A DNA stretch of 64,000 bases from Candidatus Micrarchaeota archaeon (GCA_014730115.1 WJIU01000009.1:4575-68574), one strand, 5' to 3'; counted from the first letter of the stretch, positions 17,457 through 27,231 are shown. Made by a program: numbers and translations. The notes: generated from the sequence alone by a model not told the origin.

Positions 17457-17612
17457 ATGTCTATGGTTGAATTTAGCGAATATAAGGGAAATAAGATTAT
17501 CATTCTGAAAAGGGATGAGAACGATAGGTATCCGTTCAGCTTTGGAAAGGCAAAGGCAAGGCTGATTGTGGAGAATTTTGACGAAATCAAAAAATTCGCA
17601 GAAGAAGAGTAG
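17457..17612 (+). CDS. Small hypothetical protein (51 aa), below the ORF-track cutoff
   Basis: MSMVEFSEYKGNKIIILKRDENDRYPFSFGKAKARLIVENFDEIKKFAEEE. GAGAGGTG lies 7 nt upstream of the ATG. It fills an otherwise empty gap before the parvulin gene. Confidence 0.5.
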   Translation: MSMVEFSEYKGNKIIILKRDENDRYPFSFGKAKARLIVENFDEIKKFAEEE

Positions 17613-17620
17613 GTGTCCTG

Positions 17621-17899
17621 ATGCAGATTAGGGCAAGCCATATTCTGCTGTCTTCACAGGAGGAGGCAAAATCGGTCCTTGAGGAATTGAAAGTCGGCAG
17701 GGGCTTTGCAGAGCTTGCAAAAAAATATTCGTCCTGTCCAAGTTCAGAGCAGGGGGGAGACCTGGGCTATTTCTCCAAAGGCCAGATGGTAAAGGAGTTT
17801 GAAAATGCTGCATTCTCCCTTGATGTCGGCGATATTTCGGAACCGGTAAAAACCGAGTTTGGCTATCACCTAATCAAGGTTACTGACAAAAAAGACTAG
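17621..17899 (+). CDS. Parvulin-type peptidyl-prolyl cis-trans isomerase
   Basis: ASHILL...AKKYSSCPSSEQGGDLGYFSKGQMVKEFENAAFSL..GDISEPVKTEFGYHLIKV, the PpiC/parvulin signature. Confidence 0.9.
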   Translation: MQIRASHILLSSQEEAKSVLEELKVGRGFAELAKKYSSCPSSEQGGDLGYFSKGQMVKEFENAAFSLDVGDISEPVKTEFGYHLIKVTDKKD

Positions 17900-19086
17900 C
17901 GCTTTGGTTTTCTTCTCTTGTCCCGGCTCTTTCCTCTTTTATTTCTGCTGTTTCCAGTTGTTTTTCTTTCTTTTCTGTGAGAAGGGGGCCGGTAACCTGG
18001 ATTCATCCATGCAAAATCCGGGTGGTCTTCCCTGAAGCGCTCCTCGCGCGTTTCCCTTCTCTCTATGAATGTAACTGCCATTCCTTCTGAGCCCATACGC
18101 CCGGTTCGTCCGACCCGGTGCAGGTGGGTATCGTCGTCCCTTGCCTGGTCGTAATTGACTATAAGGCCGACATCCTCTATATGAAGGCCCCTGGCCGCCA
18201 CATCGGTTGCAACCAGGATATGAATCCTGCCCTGGTGAAGCTTTCTGAGAACCTTTTCCCTTGCAGCCTGGGACATGTCCCCCTGAAGGGCGTCCGCATC
18301 AAAGCCGTTTTTCTGCAGCCGTTCTGCAAGGCGGTTCGCAAATATCTTGGTGGATGTAAATATGATTGCCCTTTGGTTTTTATTGTTTTTCAGGAGCTGC
18401 TTGAGCTTTGAAAACTTTTCCAGTTTAGTTGCCTCGATGATTTCCTCGCGGATTTCCTCCGGCTTCTCCTTTTCGCCTATTTCAACTATGTGCGGCTCTC
18501 CCATGTAACGGGATGCTGCACCGAGAATCGCCTCATCCACGGTGGCGGAAAGCAGAAGAACTGTTCTTTCCCGGGAAATCTGGTCCATAATCCGGTCCAT
18601 TTCATCTCTGAAGCCCATATCCAGCATCCTGTCGGCCTCATCCAGAACCACAATATCAAACTCCGAAAGGTCCACAGTGCCTCTTTCGGCGTGGTCAAGC
18701 AGTCTGCCGGGAGTCGCAACCAGGATGTCCGCCCCTTTTCTAAGAGAACTTATCTGTGGGTTTATGCTATAGCCCCCATAAACTGCAACTGTTTTCAGAG
18801 GGTATTTTACCGTAATTTTCTTGATTTCATCGGAAACCTGCAGGGTAAGCTCCCTGGTGGGGGCAAGGATAAGAGCCTTCCGGGCAGTATTGCCTACCAG
18901 GCGCTCTGTTACACCAACTCCGAATGCCGCGGTTTTACCTGTCCCGGTTTTGCTTCGCGCAACAACGTTTCTTCCCTCAATAATGAGGGGAATGACCTTT
19001 TCCTGCACTTCGGTAGGCTCTTCATAGCCCATTTCCAGAAGTGCGGCCAAAGTGTCTGGCCGTATTTCCATGTCTTTGAATTTCAT
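17896..19086 (-). CDS. DEAD-box RNA helicase
   Basis: Motifs SKTGTGKTAAF, PTRELTLQ, DEAD, SAT and HRVGRTGRMG, with a basic C-terminal tail. Confidence 0.95.
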   Translation of the reverse strand: MKFKDMEIRPDTLAALLEMGYEEPTEVQEKVIPLIIEGRNVVARSKTGTGKTAAFGVGVTERLVGNTARKALILAPTRELTLQVSDEIKKITVKYPLKTVAVYGGYSINPQISSLRKGADILVATPGRLLDHAERGTVDLSEFDIVVLDEADRMLDMGFRDEMDRIMDQISRERTVLLLSATVDEAILGAASRYMGEPHIVEIGEKEKPEEIREEIIEATKLEKFSKLKQLLKNNKNQRAIIFTSTKIFANRLAERLQKNGFDADALQGDMSQAAREKVLRKLHQGRIHILVATDVAARGLHIEDVGLIVNYDQARDDDTHLHRVGRTGRMGSEGMAVTFIERRETREERFREDHPDFAWMNPGYRPPSHRKERKTTGNSRNKRGKSRDKRRKPKR

Positions 19087-19303
19087 TTCGCATCTCTCTA
19101 GAACTAATAATTAAGTCACTATTATATGTATAATACAACATCTTTACTATTTAAACCTATGGGAAACTGATGTAAATAGATTATCTCACAAGGTTTAAAA
19201 TCCTGTCTAAGAAGATGGGAATGGCTGCATGCCGGGATTTTCGCTGGAATTAATGCATATGCCGGAGGCTTAAGGCTAAAAACATAGCATGGTAAAGCAT
19301 GCC

Positions 19304-19429
19304 ATGGCAAGGTGCTTTCTCTGCGGGGAGGAAAAAGACACCCGGAATGTGTTCATGGGCGGAGCCCGCGGCTTTGCAGACCTCTGCTTCGACTGTGTCC
19401 TGAAGTTTTACAAGATTGAGTCTGGATAA
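19304..19429 (+). CDS. Possible 41-aa zinc-ribbon mini-protein
   Basis: MARCFLCGEEKDTRNVFMGGARGFADLCFDCVLKFYKIESG has CxxC-N20-CxxC. It lies 50 nt upstream of cbiM. No family was recognised. Confidence 0.35.
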   Translation: MARCFLCGEEKDTRNVFMGGARGFADLCFDCVLKFYKIESG

Positions 19430-19478
19430 AAATAAATGCAGTAAAACTCCGCAAACCGGTTATTAGGAGATAAATGCT

Positions 19479-20354
19479 ATGCACACGCCCGATGGGTTTA
19501 TCACTGGATGGATTTGTATTCTTATGCTTGTTTTTTCAGGAGCAGTCCTGCTTTTTTCAGCCTGGAAGATACGGAATACCCTGACTAAAGAAAAAATAGT
19601 GAAAATGTCTCTTTTGGGACTGGTAATATTTGCGGCCCAGATGCTTAATTTCCCTGTAGCGGAAGGAACCAGCGGGCACCTTATCGGAGCAGCACTCGCT
19701 GCGATAATGCTGGGCCCCTATGCCGCCGTGGTTGTTCTGGCCGCAGTCCTGCTTTTGCAGTCCCTGGCTTTCGGGGACGGGGGGGTTCTGGCCCTTGGAG
19801 TAAACATCTTCAACATGGCCATTGTTGGCTCCTTTGCGGCCCATGCAGTCTATCAGAGAATTAGTGGCAGGCGCGGGGTCCTGGCCGCCTCGTGGGCCAG
19901 CGTTTTCCTTGCATCAGTTTCAGCATCAGTCCTGCTGGGAATAAGCGGTGCTGCAGACCTGGCTAATGTCCTTTTCGCGATGGGGGCGGTTCATGCAGTA
20001 ATAGGTATGGGGGAAGCGCTGATTACGCTTGCGGTATACGAGTATCTCTTCAAAGCAGCGTCCCTGGTTTCAGATTACGTTGCATTTACAACCGGACTGG
20101 CATTTCTGGTGCTGGCACTGGCCCTTCCTTTCGCGTCCGGAGAGCCTGACGGCATGGAAAAGGTAGCGATAAATCTGGGATTCTTTGACAGCTCCATGGT
20201 CCTATACGAGGCGCCTTTCGCTGATTACCTGCTTCTGGGCTCAGAGCTTGCAGCAGGGCTGGTGGGAATGACAATTACGTTTGGGGCCATATATGTTTCC
20301 TTGCTTTTGATAAAAAGCAGGGAAATCAGAGCAGCAGAGCCCCACAGGCAATAA
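19479..20354 (+). CDS. cbiM: CbiM-type ECF substrate-capture protein fused to a PDGLE (CbiN-like) C-terminal domain
   Basis: N-terminus MHTPDGFITGW, SGHLIGAALAAIMLGP, and a C-terminal GEPDGMEKVA motif with a final TM helix. Confidence 0.8.
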   Translation: MHTPDGFITGWICILMLVFSGAVLLFSAWKIRNTLTKEKIVKMSLLGLVIFAAQMLNFPVAEGTSGHLIGAALAAIMLGPYAAVVVLAAVLLLQSLAFGDGGVLALGVNIFNMAIVGSFAAHAVYQRISGRRGVLAASWASVFLASVSASVLLGISGAADLANVLFAMGAVHAVIGMGEALITLAVYEYLFKAASLVSDYVAFTTGLAFLVLALALPFASGEPDGMEKVAINLGFFDSSMVLYEAPFADYLLLGSELAAGLVGMTITFGAIYVSLLLIKSREIRAAEPHRQ

Positions 20355-21099
20355 CTCCCAGGCCCAGCACAAGTGTTGCCTTAAAGAAATTCACCTGCTC
20401 GGCAAAACGCATCAGGACACCTATAGTGGCGAATCCCACCAGCGCAGCCACTATGCTGCCGGCTATCATCGGGCCGTCAACAGCAAACCCTTCCTCCACA
20501 ACAGGCAATGCCACCTGGGCGCCGAAGCTTACCGGTATGCTCATCAGGAAGCTGAGCCGGAATGCCTGCTTCAGGGGATATTCCTCTGCAATAAGCACTG
20601 GTATTGTTATTCCGGAGCGGCTTATCCCGGGAAGGACTGCAAGCCCCTGGACCAGCCCTGCCAGCCCTGCATTCAGGGGGGTCAACACAGTCTTAGTCCC
20701 CTGTTTGCGGTTTTTCTGGAAGAAAGCAATGAAAACAAGAAAAACCCCGATTAGAATGGTGGCAAAGGCTTCGGGCATCTCAACTGATACTGCAAGAGCA
20801 AGAAGGGGAAATGCCACCACTGCGCTGGCGGCAGTTGCGACGGCCAGAAAGATGAGCAGCTGCCTGCCCGGGCCGGGGGAAAACGAATCTTTTACAAGAT
20901 TGGTGATATCCTTTCTGAAATAAGCCAGGGCAGCGAGCAGGGTGCCGCTGTGGAGCCATATCGCAGTGCTCATTGCTTCCCGGTATTCAAGGCCCGAGAA
21001 AAACTTGCCGGCAAGTGTGACCATTGCCTCTGAGCTTACCGGAAGCCATTCGGCAATGCCCTGTATAAAGCCAAGCAGAATTCCGTCAAAAAGGTCCAT
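20326..21099 (-). CDS. uppP: Undecaprenyl-diphosphatase (UppP/BacA family)
   Basis: GFIQGIAEWLPVSSEAM and LPGISRSGITI motifs in a polytopic protein. Confidence 0.9.
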   Translation of the reverse strand: MDLFDGILLGFIQGIAEWLPVSSEAMVTLAGKFFSGLEYREAMSTAIWLHSGTLLAALAYFRKDITNLVKDSFSPGPGRQLLIFLAVATAASAVVAFPLLALAVSVEMPEAFATILIGVFLVFIAFFQKNRKQGTKTVLTPLNAGLAGLVQGLAVLPGISRSGITIPVLIAEEYPLKQAFRLSFLMSIPVSFGAQVALPVVEEGFAVDGPMIAGSIVAALVGFATIGVLMRFAEQVNFFKATLVLGLGVIACGALLL

Positions 21100-21108
21100 C
21101 CTGAGGCC

Positions 21109-22578
21109 TCACCCCGTCCTCACTGTTCCGCTTCTTCTCAGGTCACCGCCTCCGCCTCCGGGAACAGCAATATGCACGCCTCCAAAGAACATGTTCTTCT
21201 CGGACCAGGCGTTTACCTTGTATTCCTTCTCAAGTTCCACAATGGCCTTCTCCTTTATCCCTTTCTCAAGCTGTAACCCCCCGTATTCGTAATGAACCCG
21301 GCTGGAATTGGCTGCCTTTCTGGGAGCCATCCCGAAGTCAACCATGTTAGAGATTACCTGCATTATTGCACTCCTTATCCTGTTGCTCCCCCCGCTTCCC
21401 AGAACTGCCTTTATCTCTCCGTCTTTGCTGATTATTGTCGGTGACATCATGGTTGTAATCCTTTCTCCGGGCTTGTAAACCGACTTGTATTGCATAAGGT
21501 CCGGCTCGGCAGCAAAATTGTTGAACATGATGCCGGTGTCCCCTATCATGATTCCGGCTCCCTGCCCGTTGCTGGTGGTGATGCCCGCGGCATTCCCCTC
21601 CCTGTCAATTACACTTATATGGGTAGTACTGCCAAGCCTTTCCGGAGTTTTCAGGAATTTTTTCCAGAATCCTGTGGTGTAAAGAAGGTGCCGGAAGAAT
21701 TCCCTGGTGCGCTTGGATTCGCATCTCTTGATGGTTTCTGCAAGCAGCTTCACATGCTCAATGGAGTTGTGTTCCAGCGTGCCAACGTCAATATCTTCTA
21801 TTGACTTCAGGCCGTATGCAATCAGGATTCCCCCCGCAGAGGGCGGGGAAGCCATTTCCAGCTTTCTGCCCCGGTAACCAATCCGGATTGGCTCGTGCTC
21901 TTTTACCCTGTAACCAAGAACATCATCAATTGAAAGCGAGCTCTTGTGCCGGTTCAGTACTTTTCGCATTTCGTCCAGATAAAACTTTCTGGCGCCCTTT
22001 TTGTCTTCGCCCAGCAGCTCCAGGAACCTGGCTTTTTTGGGATTTCTCAGGGTCTCCCCTTTTTCCGGAATCCTGCCCCGGGAAGCGAAGATTTCCCTTG
22101 CTTCGCTGGTGTATATGCAATAGTCCCTCAGTATCTGGAATACTGTCGCCTGGTATTCTGATACCTTGTGGCCTTTTGCATATTGTATGGCCGGTGCGAG
22201 TATATCCCTGAGTTCAAGCGAGCAGTAGTTGGAGTGGATATGCAGAAGGCCGTCAATGCTGCCCGGCACCCCCAGAGAGCCATATCCAAGATAGAACTCC
22301 TGAACTTCATCCCCAAAGCTCACCACCTTCCTAACCGCCCTGACCGGGGGCCGGCGGCCCTTTTTGGGGAAATTGGCCAGGAAGTCGATGCATTTGGTCT
22401 CATCCCCGTTTTTAAGCAACCCTATTCCCGCCCCGGCAAGTGAGGTCAGCATGGGCTCAACCACGGTGCTTGCGAATACTGCAGCGACTGCGGCATCAAA
22501 TGCATTTCCACCTTTCCTGAAAGTATCCATGGCAGCACGGGCGGTCAGAGTATGGCCGCATGCAACAGATTCCTTCAT
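21109..22578 (-). CDS. ggt: Gamma-glutamyltransferase family protein
   Basis: GGNAFDAAVAA near the N-terminus and the autoprocessing site context GSTTHISVIDREGNAAGITTSNG. Confidence 0.85.
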   Translation of the reverse strand: MKESVACGHTLTARAAMDTFRKGGNAFDAAVAAVFASTVVEPMLTSLAGAGIGLLKNGDETKCIDFLANFPKKGRRPPVRAVRKVVSFGDEVQEFYLGYGSLGVPGSIDGLLHIHSNYCSLELRDILAPAIQYAKGHKVSEYQATVFQILRDYCIYTSEAREIFASRGRIPEKGETLRNPKKARFLELLGEDKKGARKFYLDEMRKVLNRHKSSLSIDDVLGYRVKEHEPIRIGYRGRKLEMASPPSAGGILIAYGLKSIEDIDVGTLEHNSIEHVKLLAETIKRCESKRTREFFRHLLYTTGFWKKFLKTPERLGSTTHISVIDREGNAAGITTSNGQGAGIMIGDTGIMFNNFAAEPDLMQYKSVYKPGERITTMMSPTIISKDGEIKAVLGSGGSNRIRSAIMQVISNMVDFGMAPRKAANSSRVHYEYGGLQLEKGIKEKAIVELEKEYKVNAWSEKNMFFGGVHIAVPGGGGGDLRRSGTVRTG

Positions 22579-22639
22579 GCGAAAGACAAATGCAAATGGA
22601 TTTATAAAAAGTAACTGTAAACCTTGGTTGTGAGGTCAA

Positions 22640-24067
22640 ATGGCAAATCCCAATATCCTGTCCGAGAGGTATGCCACCAAGGAAATAAACGCAATTTTTT
22701 CTGAAGAAGGCAAAATAATTGCAGAGAGGGAGCTCTGGATAGCAGTGATGAAGGCCCAGCGCCAGCTGGGGGCTGACATACCCGCCGCAGACATAGCAAA
22801 ATATGAGCGCGCCGTGAGAAAAATTGACCTCCAGAGGATAACGCAGATAGAAAGCAAAACAAAGCATGACGTAAAGGCAAGGATTGAGGCTTTTGTTGAA
22901 GCTGCAGGTGCAAAGGAGCACATCCACAAGGGAATGACCAGCCGGGACCTTACCGACAACGTAGAGCAGGTACAGATAAAAAAGGCTTCAAAAATCATTT
23001 TCGGAAAATACATTTCAATTCTCAGGCACATGGCAGAGCGCTCCGCGGAATACCGGAACATAGTGCTTACCGCAAGAACCCACCACCAGCCTGCCCAGCC
23101 GACACTTTTGGGAAGAAGGTTTGCGATGTGGGCAGAGGAGCTCTATCTTCATGCCGGGGACTTTGAAAGAAGACTGGGGGAATATCCTCTGAGGGGAATC
23201 AAGGGCCCGGCCGGAACCCAGTTTGACATGCTCAATCTTCTTGGAAGCGAAAAGAAAGTAAGAAAGCTGGAGGAAAAGATTGCAAAGCAGCTTGGATTCA
23301 GCAAAGTCCTGGAAGCAACCGGCCAGGTCTACCCGAGGTCGCTTGACTATTCCCTGATTTCCGGCCTTTCCCGGCTGGCTTCAGCATGCGAAAACTTTGC
23401 CAAAGGCATGAGGCTGATGTCAGGATTCGAGCTTGTTACCGAGGGATTCCGGAAAGGGCAGGTAGGCTCAAGCGCGATGCCGCATAAGATGAATACCCGG
23501 AGCTCGGAAAGAATCTGCGGGTTTGCAGAGCTTCTGAAGATGCATGCCGACGGGGCCTCCCGGCTTTCCGGAGACCAGTGGGAAGAGGGAGACGTATCCT
23601 GCTCGGTGGTGAGGAGGGTGATAATACCAGATTCGCTTTATGCCTCTGACGGCCTCTGCGAGACCACCCTTACCGTGCTCAACGGCATGGGGGCTTATCC
23701 GGAAATGGCAGGCCAGGAGCTTGAAAGATACCTGCCCTTCCTTGCAACCACCGAGATAATGATGGCGGCAGTCAAAAAAGGCATCGGCCGGGAAAGGGCC
23801 CACAAAATCATCAAGAGGTATGCCGTCTCCGAAGCCCTGAAGATGAGGCAGGGGGGCAAATCTCCGGAGATTGCAAAACGGCTTTCCCGGGACCCCGAGT
23901 TCCAGAAAGCAGGGATATCAGAGGATGAAATCAACAGAATTCTTCAGGAAAAGGCCCATTTCACGGGCCTGGCTGAAAAGCAGATAAAGTCAGTCAATGC
24001 AAAAATAAGCAACATGACAAAAAAATACAGAAAAGAAGCAAAATATGAGCCTGCGGCAATTCTTTAG
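22640..24067 (+). CDS. purB: Adenylosuccinate lyase
   Basis: LSERYATKEINAIFSEE, TARTHHQPAQPTLLG and the fumarate-lyase signature GSSAMPHKMNTRSSE. Confidence 0.95.
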   Translation: MANPNILSERYATKEINAIFSEEGKIIAERELWIAVMKAQRQLGADIPAADIAKYERAVRKIDLQRITQIESKTKHDVKARIEAFVEAAGAKEHIHKGMTSRDLTDNVEQVQIKKASKIIFGKYISILRHMAERSAEYRNIVLTARTHHQPAQPTLLGRRFAMWAEELYLHAGDFERRLGEYPLRGIKGPAGTQFDMLNLLGSEKKVRKLEEKIAKQLGFSKVLEATGQVYPRSLDYSLISGLSRLASACENFAKGMRLMSGFELVTEGFRKGQVGSSAMPHKMNTRSSERICGFAELLKMHADGASRLSGDQWEEGDVSCSVVRRVIIPDSLYASDGLCETTLTVLNGMGAYPEMAGQELERYLPFLATTEIMMAAVKKGIGRERAHKIIKRYAVSEALKMRQGGKSPEIAKRLSRDPEFQKAGISEDEINRILQEKAHFTGLAEKQIKSVNAKISNMTKKYRKEAKYEPAAIL

Positions 24068-24342
24068 TTGTTTATTATTACTTCCCGGTGTGTCTCATAC
24101 ATAAAAGCCACTGCCTCGTGCTCTTTGGCAAGCTTCTGGATTACCAGTCCGAATATCTGGGTGGAATTAACCTGCTTCTTTCCTTTAACGAACTTTTTCA
24201 CTTCGCTGGTTACGTTGTCTGCAATCCTTTCGGCCTCCTGGGCGGTCAGGTCGCACTCCACGCATGCAGAATAAACCGAAGCATAGACTTTCTTCTCATC
24301 AAACTTCTCTTTTTTCCCTCTTCGCTTAACAATGACTGCCAT
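24064..24342 (-). CDS. Stand-alone ATP-cone domain protein
   Basis: MAVIVKRRGKKEKFDEKKVYASVYSACVECDL...EAERIADNVTSEV follows the ATP-cone pattern. The start is uncertain; upstream in-frame alternatives reach 24453. Confidence 0.55.
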   Translation of the reverse strand: MAVIVKRRGKKEKFDEKKVYASVYSACVECDLTAQEAERIADNVTSEVKKFVKGKKQVNSTQIFGLVIQKLAKEHEAVAFMYETHREVIINN

Positions 24343-24471
24343 CACATCAACCTTGGTTCTGCTTACTATAGAACTGTTAACCATAAAAATTTTGACACCA
24401 TGGGTTTGATATTTCCGGTCCAGCTGACAAAGCATTAAAATGCTGGCTTGCAAAGCACCATTGGTGCAATT

Positions 24472-25029
24472 ATGACATTAACGCCATCCAGTTACAAGGT
24501 TCTTGGAAAAGACGGCAAGGCTCCTGATTTCAGCCTCCCGGGAACGGACGGCAAGCAGTATTCCCTTGAAGATTTCAAGGGGAAAAAGGCGCTCCTGGTT
24601 ATATTCATGTGCAACCACTGTCCCTATGTGCGGCCCAAAATGGACTATTTTGTCGAGCTTCAGGAAAAATACGGGCCGGAGGGCCTCCGGGTTGTCGGGA
24701 TAAATTCCAACAATGCAGAAGAATACCCCGAGGACAGCTTTGAAAAAATGAAGGAGTATGCAGAGAAAAACAACTTCAATTTTCCTTATTTATACGATGG
24801 GAGCCAGGAGGTTGCCAGGGCATATGGAGCGGAATGTACCCCGGACCCCTTTCTTTTTGACGGCGATTTCCGGCTGAAATACCACGGAAGGTTCGATGAT
24901 GCGCATGGCGAGCCGCATTCCAAGGGGACATCCTCCGAGATGGAGAATGCAATAAGGGATGTGCTTGCCGGACGGGAAGTGGGCGTTGAATCCCTGCCTT
25001 CGATGGGCTGCAGCATCAAATGGAAATGA
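24472..25029 (+). CDS. Thioredoxin-fold redoxin (AhpC/TSA-like)
   Basis: FSLPGTDGKQYSLEDFKGKKALLVIFMCNHCPYVRP. First ATG at 24472; the track start at 24448 is TTG. Confidence 0.75.
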   Translation: MTLTPSSYKVLGKDGKAPDFSLPGTDGKQYSLEDFKGKKALLVIFMCNHCPYVRPKMDYFVELQEKYGPEGLRVVGINSNNAEEYPEDSFEKMKEYAEKNNFNFPYLYDGSQEVARAYGAECTPDPFLFDGDFRLKYHGRFDDAHGEPHSKGTSSEMENAIRDVLAGREVGVESLPSMGCSIKWK

Positions 25030-25562
25030 CCCTTAAAGAAATTGAAAATGAGATTAAGAACTGCAAAACATGCAGAAAAGACAAGAAAGGGCTTCCGGTC
25101 CCGGGGGAGGGTCCGTCTGATGCCGGAGCCATGTTCATTGGAATGGCGCCTGGAAAAAAAGAATCAGAGACTGGAAGGCCCTTCGTGGGAAGGGCCGGAA
25201 AGTTCCTGAACGAAATGCTCGAATCCATAGGCATAAACCGGGAGGACGTCTACATCACCTCGCCCGTGAAGTACTATCCCGGGGACAGGAATCTTAGAAA
25301 AGAGGAAATCAGACACGGTGCAGAGCATCTGAAAAAACAGATAGAAGTGCTGTCTCCTGAACTTGTAGTTCTCATGGGGGATGTGGCAGCAGAGGCAGTT
25401 TTTCCGGAAAAAGACATAAAAGTGACCGAGGACCATGGAAAAACCTACAGGAAGGAAGGCACCACTTATTTTGTGACATTTCATCCTGCGGCAGGGATGA
25501 GGTTTCCGAAAATCAGGAAGATGATGAAAAAGGATTTCCAGAAAATCGCTAGCCTAGCATGA
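25020..25562 (+). CDS. udg: Uracil-DNA glycosylase, family 4-like
   Basis: CKTCRK...GEGPSDAGAMFIGMAPGKKESETGRPFVGRAGKFLNEML...FHPAA motifs. Confidence 0.85.
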   Translation: MEMTLKEIENEIKNCKTCRKDKKGLPVPGEGPSDAGAMFIGMAPGKKESETGRPFVGRAGKFLNEMLESIGINREDVYITSPVKYYPGDRNLRKEEIRHGAEHLKKQIEVLSPELVVLMGDVAAEAVFPEKDIKVTEDHGKTYRKEGTTYFVTFHPAAGMRFPKIRKMMKKDFQKIASLA

Positions 25563-26574
25563 GCTTCCACAAAACCCAGTCAAATACTTTTCTTCTGATG
25601 CCCTTGCGGGGGTCTTTAAGTATCCAGTTTATTATCCAGCAGAACGGAAGCTCCGGATTAGTTGCCAGGTCAAAAAACAAAACCTGCCACCGGTGGGAAC
25701 GGGCAAGGGAATTCATCACCCGGCTTCCCTCCGGCTCTCCAAGGATATCCCTGGCCACCCCTTCCCCGCTTTTCACTGCATAATAAATCCCTTCGGTGGT
25801 CAGGGGATTCAAAAGGCCTGCCGCTTCTCCTGCCAGGTACACCTTTCCGAATTTCCATCCCCGGTAATCGGCATTTCCCTTCATTGCCTCGGACTTTGCT
25901 GAATGCCTGCTGATACCAAAATGCTTCAACGCCCAGGCCCTGGCTTTTGCTGCTTTCTTTGGGTCAAAATCACCTGCCCAGGCAAGCCCGGCCATGGCCC
26001 GGCTTCTTCCTTTGGACATCATATAACCGTATGATTTTGGAAATGTCTTCGGCATCCAGCATAGCTGGAATTCCGGGCAGGGGGCATCAAGAACAAAGTG
26101 GTAGGCCCAGCCCTGGATATGCTCTACCGGAAGGTCCAGGTATTTCCTTACTATTGAGAATGCGCCGTCAGCACCAACCAGGTGCTTGTAATTATATCTT
26201 CCCTGTGGCGTTTTCACATGGCTGCCGGCCACACTGGAAACAGGCTCGGAGAAATGAATCTCTGCATCGCATCCCCCCATAAGATGCTTTTCCAGATTCT
26301 CCCTCCCAATGGTCCAGAGAAAAGGCCTGCTATATGAGATTTTCTGCCTGCTGCCTTCAGTGCAGACCACCAGCTCCTTCCATTCCATCCCCCGGTCAAT
26401 ATTTCCACCTGGAAGCACCTTGGGGGATATTTCTCCCGAGCATATCTTCATCCCAAGATTCGGGTTTTTCTCAAGGACCATCACCCTGAGCCCGGAGCCC
26501 TTCAGGGCCCTTGCACAGGAGAGTCCGGCCGGCCCTGCCCCTACAATGATTACATCAAATTCATTTGAATCCAT
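25549..26574 (-). CDS. Geranylgeranyl reductase-family FAD oxidoreductase
   Basis: FDVIIVGAGPAGLSCARAL dinucleotide-binding motif and GEAAGLLNPLTTEGIYYA. ATG at 26574; the track start at 26595 is TTG. Confidence 0.8.
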   Translation of the reverse strand: MDSNEFDVIIVGAGPAGLSCARALKGSGLRVMVLEKNPNLGMKICSGEISPKVLPGGNIDRGMEWKELVVCTEGSRQKISYSRPFLWTIGRENLEKHLMGGCDAEIHFSEPVSSVAGSHVKTPQGRYNYKHLVGADGAFSIVRKYLDLPVEHIQGWAYHFVLDAPCPEFQLCWMPKTFPKSYGYMMSKGRSRAMAGLAWAGDFDPKKAAKARAWALKHFGISRHSAKSEAMKGNADYRGWKFGKVYLAGEAAGLLNPLTTEGIYYAVKSGEGVARDILGEPEGSRVMNSLARSHRWQVLFFDLATNPELPFCWIINWILKDPRKGIRRKVFDWVLWKLMLG

Positions 26575-27193
26575 GCTCACCGACCAGGGGGACAAAAATT
26601 ACCGGAAGAACTCTTCGGAATGATTTGTCTTTTTTCCTGAACACAACGATGTCCTGGGAAAAGCGGTTTCCCACCGGCGCCACCAGCACACCGTCCCCCT
26701 TGAGCTGCACTACCAGGGGATGTTCCTCATCAAGATAGGGCATGGCAGCGGTTACAATCACTCTGTCGTAGGGTGCATCTTTTTCAAATCCGCAGCTCCC
26801 GTCTCCTACCCGGAGTTCAATGTTCTCCGGGAACCCCATTGCCTCAAGGTTCTTTCTGGCGACCTCCTCCAGCTCAGGGATTTTTTCTATGGAAATCACT
26901 TTTCCCTCCGGTCCCACCAGATAAGAAAGCAGGGCAGCATTATAGCCGGAGCCGGTGCCTACCTCAAGCACCTTCATCCCCGGCTCCACTTCAAGACGGT
27001 CTAGCATGAAAGCAACCACGCTGGGCGCGGAAATGGTCTGGCCACTGCCCACCGGAAAGGGGCGGTCCTCATAAGGCAGATAGGAGTCTGATACAAAAAA
27101 GGCCCTGTCCACTGCCAGCATTGCTTCCCCCACCCTTTTGGAGCGCAGATACCCCCTTTGCCGCAGGCTTTCAACTAAAGCAAGGTTAGACAT
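26561..27193 (-). CDS. pcm: Protein-L-isoaspartate O-methyltransferase
   Basis: GQTISAPSVVAFML, VLEVGTGSGYNAALL and VGDGSCGF...PYDRVIVTAA. Confidence 0.9.
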   Translation of the reverse strand: MSNLALVESLRQRGYLRSKRVGEAMLAVDRAFFVSDSYLPYEDRPFPVGSGQTISAPSVVAFMLDRLEVEPGMKVLEVGTGSGYNAALLSYLVGPEGKVISIEKIPELEEVARKNLEAMGFPENIELRVGDGSCGFEKDAPYDRVIVTAAMPYLDEEHPLVVQLKGDGVLVAPVGNRFSQDIVVFRKKDKSFRRVLPVIFVPLVGEHGFK

Positions 27194-27231
27194 ATATTTT
27201 TTTATTTAAGGGATACGGATATAAGAGTATT

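Noticed and set aside
17896-17899. Convergent gene pairs sharing a CTAG tetranucleotide that encodes both stop codons. This also occurs at 40529-40532.
   Set aside because: It is real in the sequence, but general genome compaction (many 1-40 nt overlaps across the window) explains it most simply, with no dedicated function needed.
22496-23061. Three overlapping minus-strand ORFs (103-143 aa) across the purB 5' end.
   Set aside because: They are antisense to, or overlap, a well-supported purB gene, and their Cys/Leu/Phe-rich composition looks artefactual.
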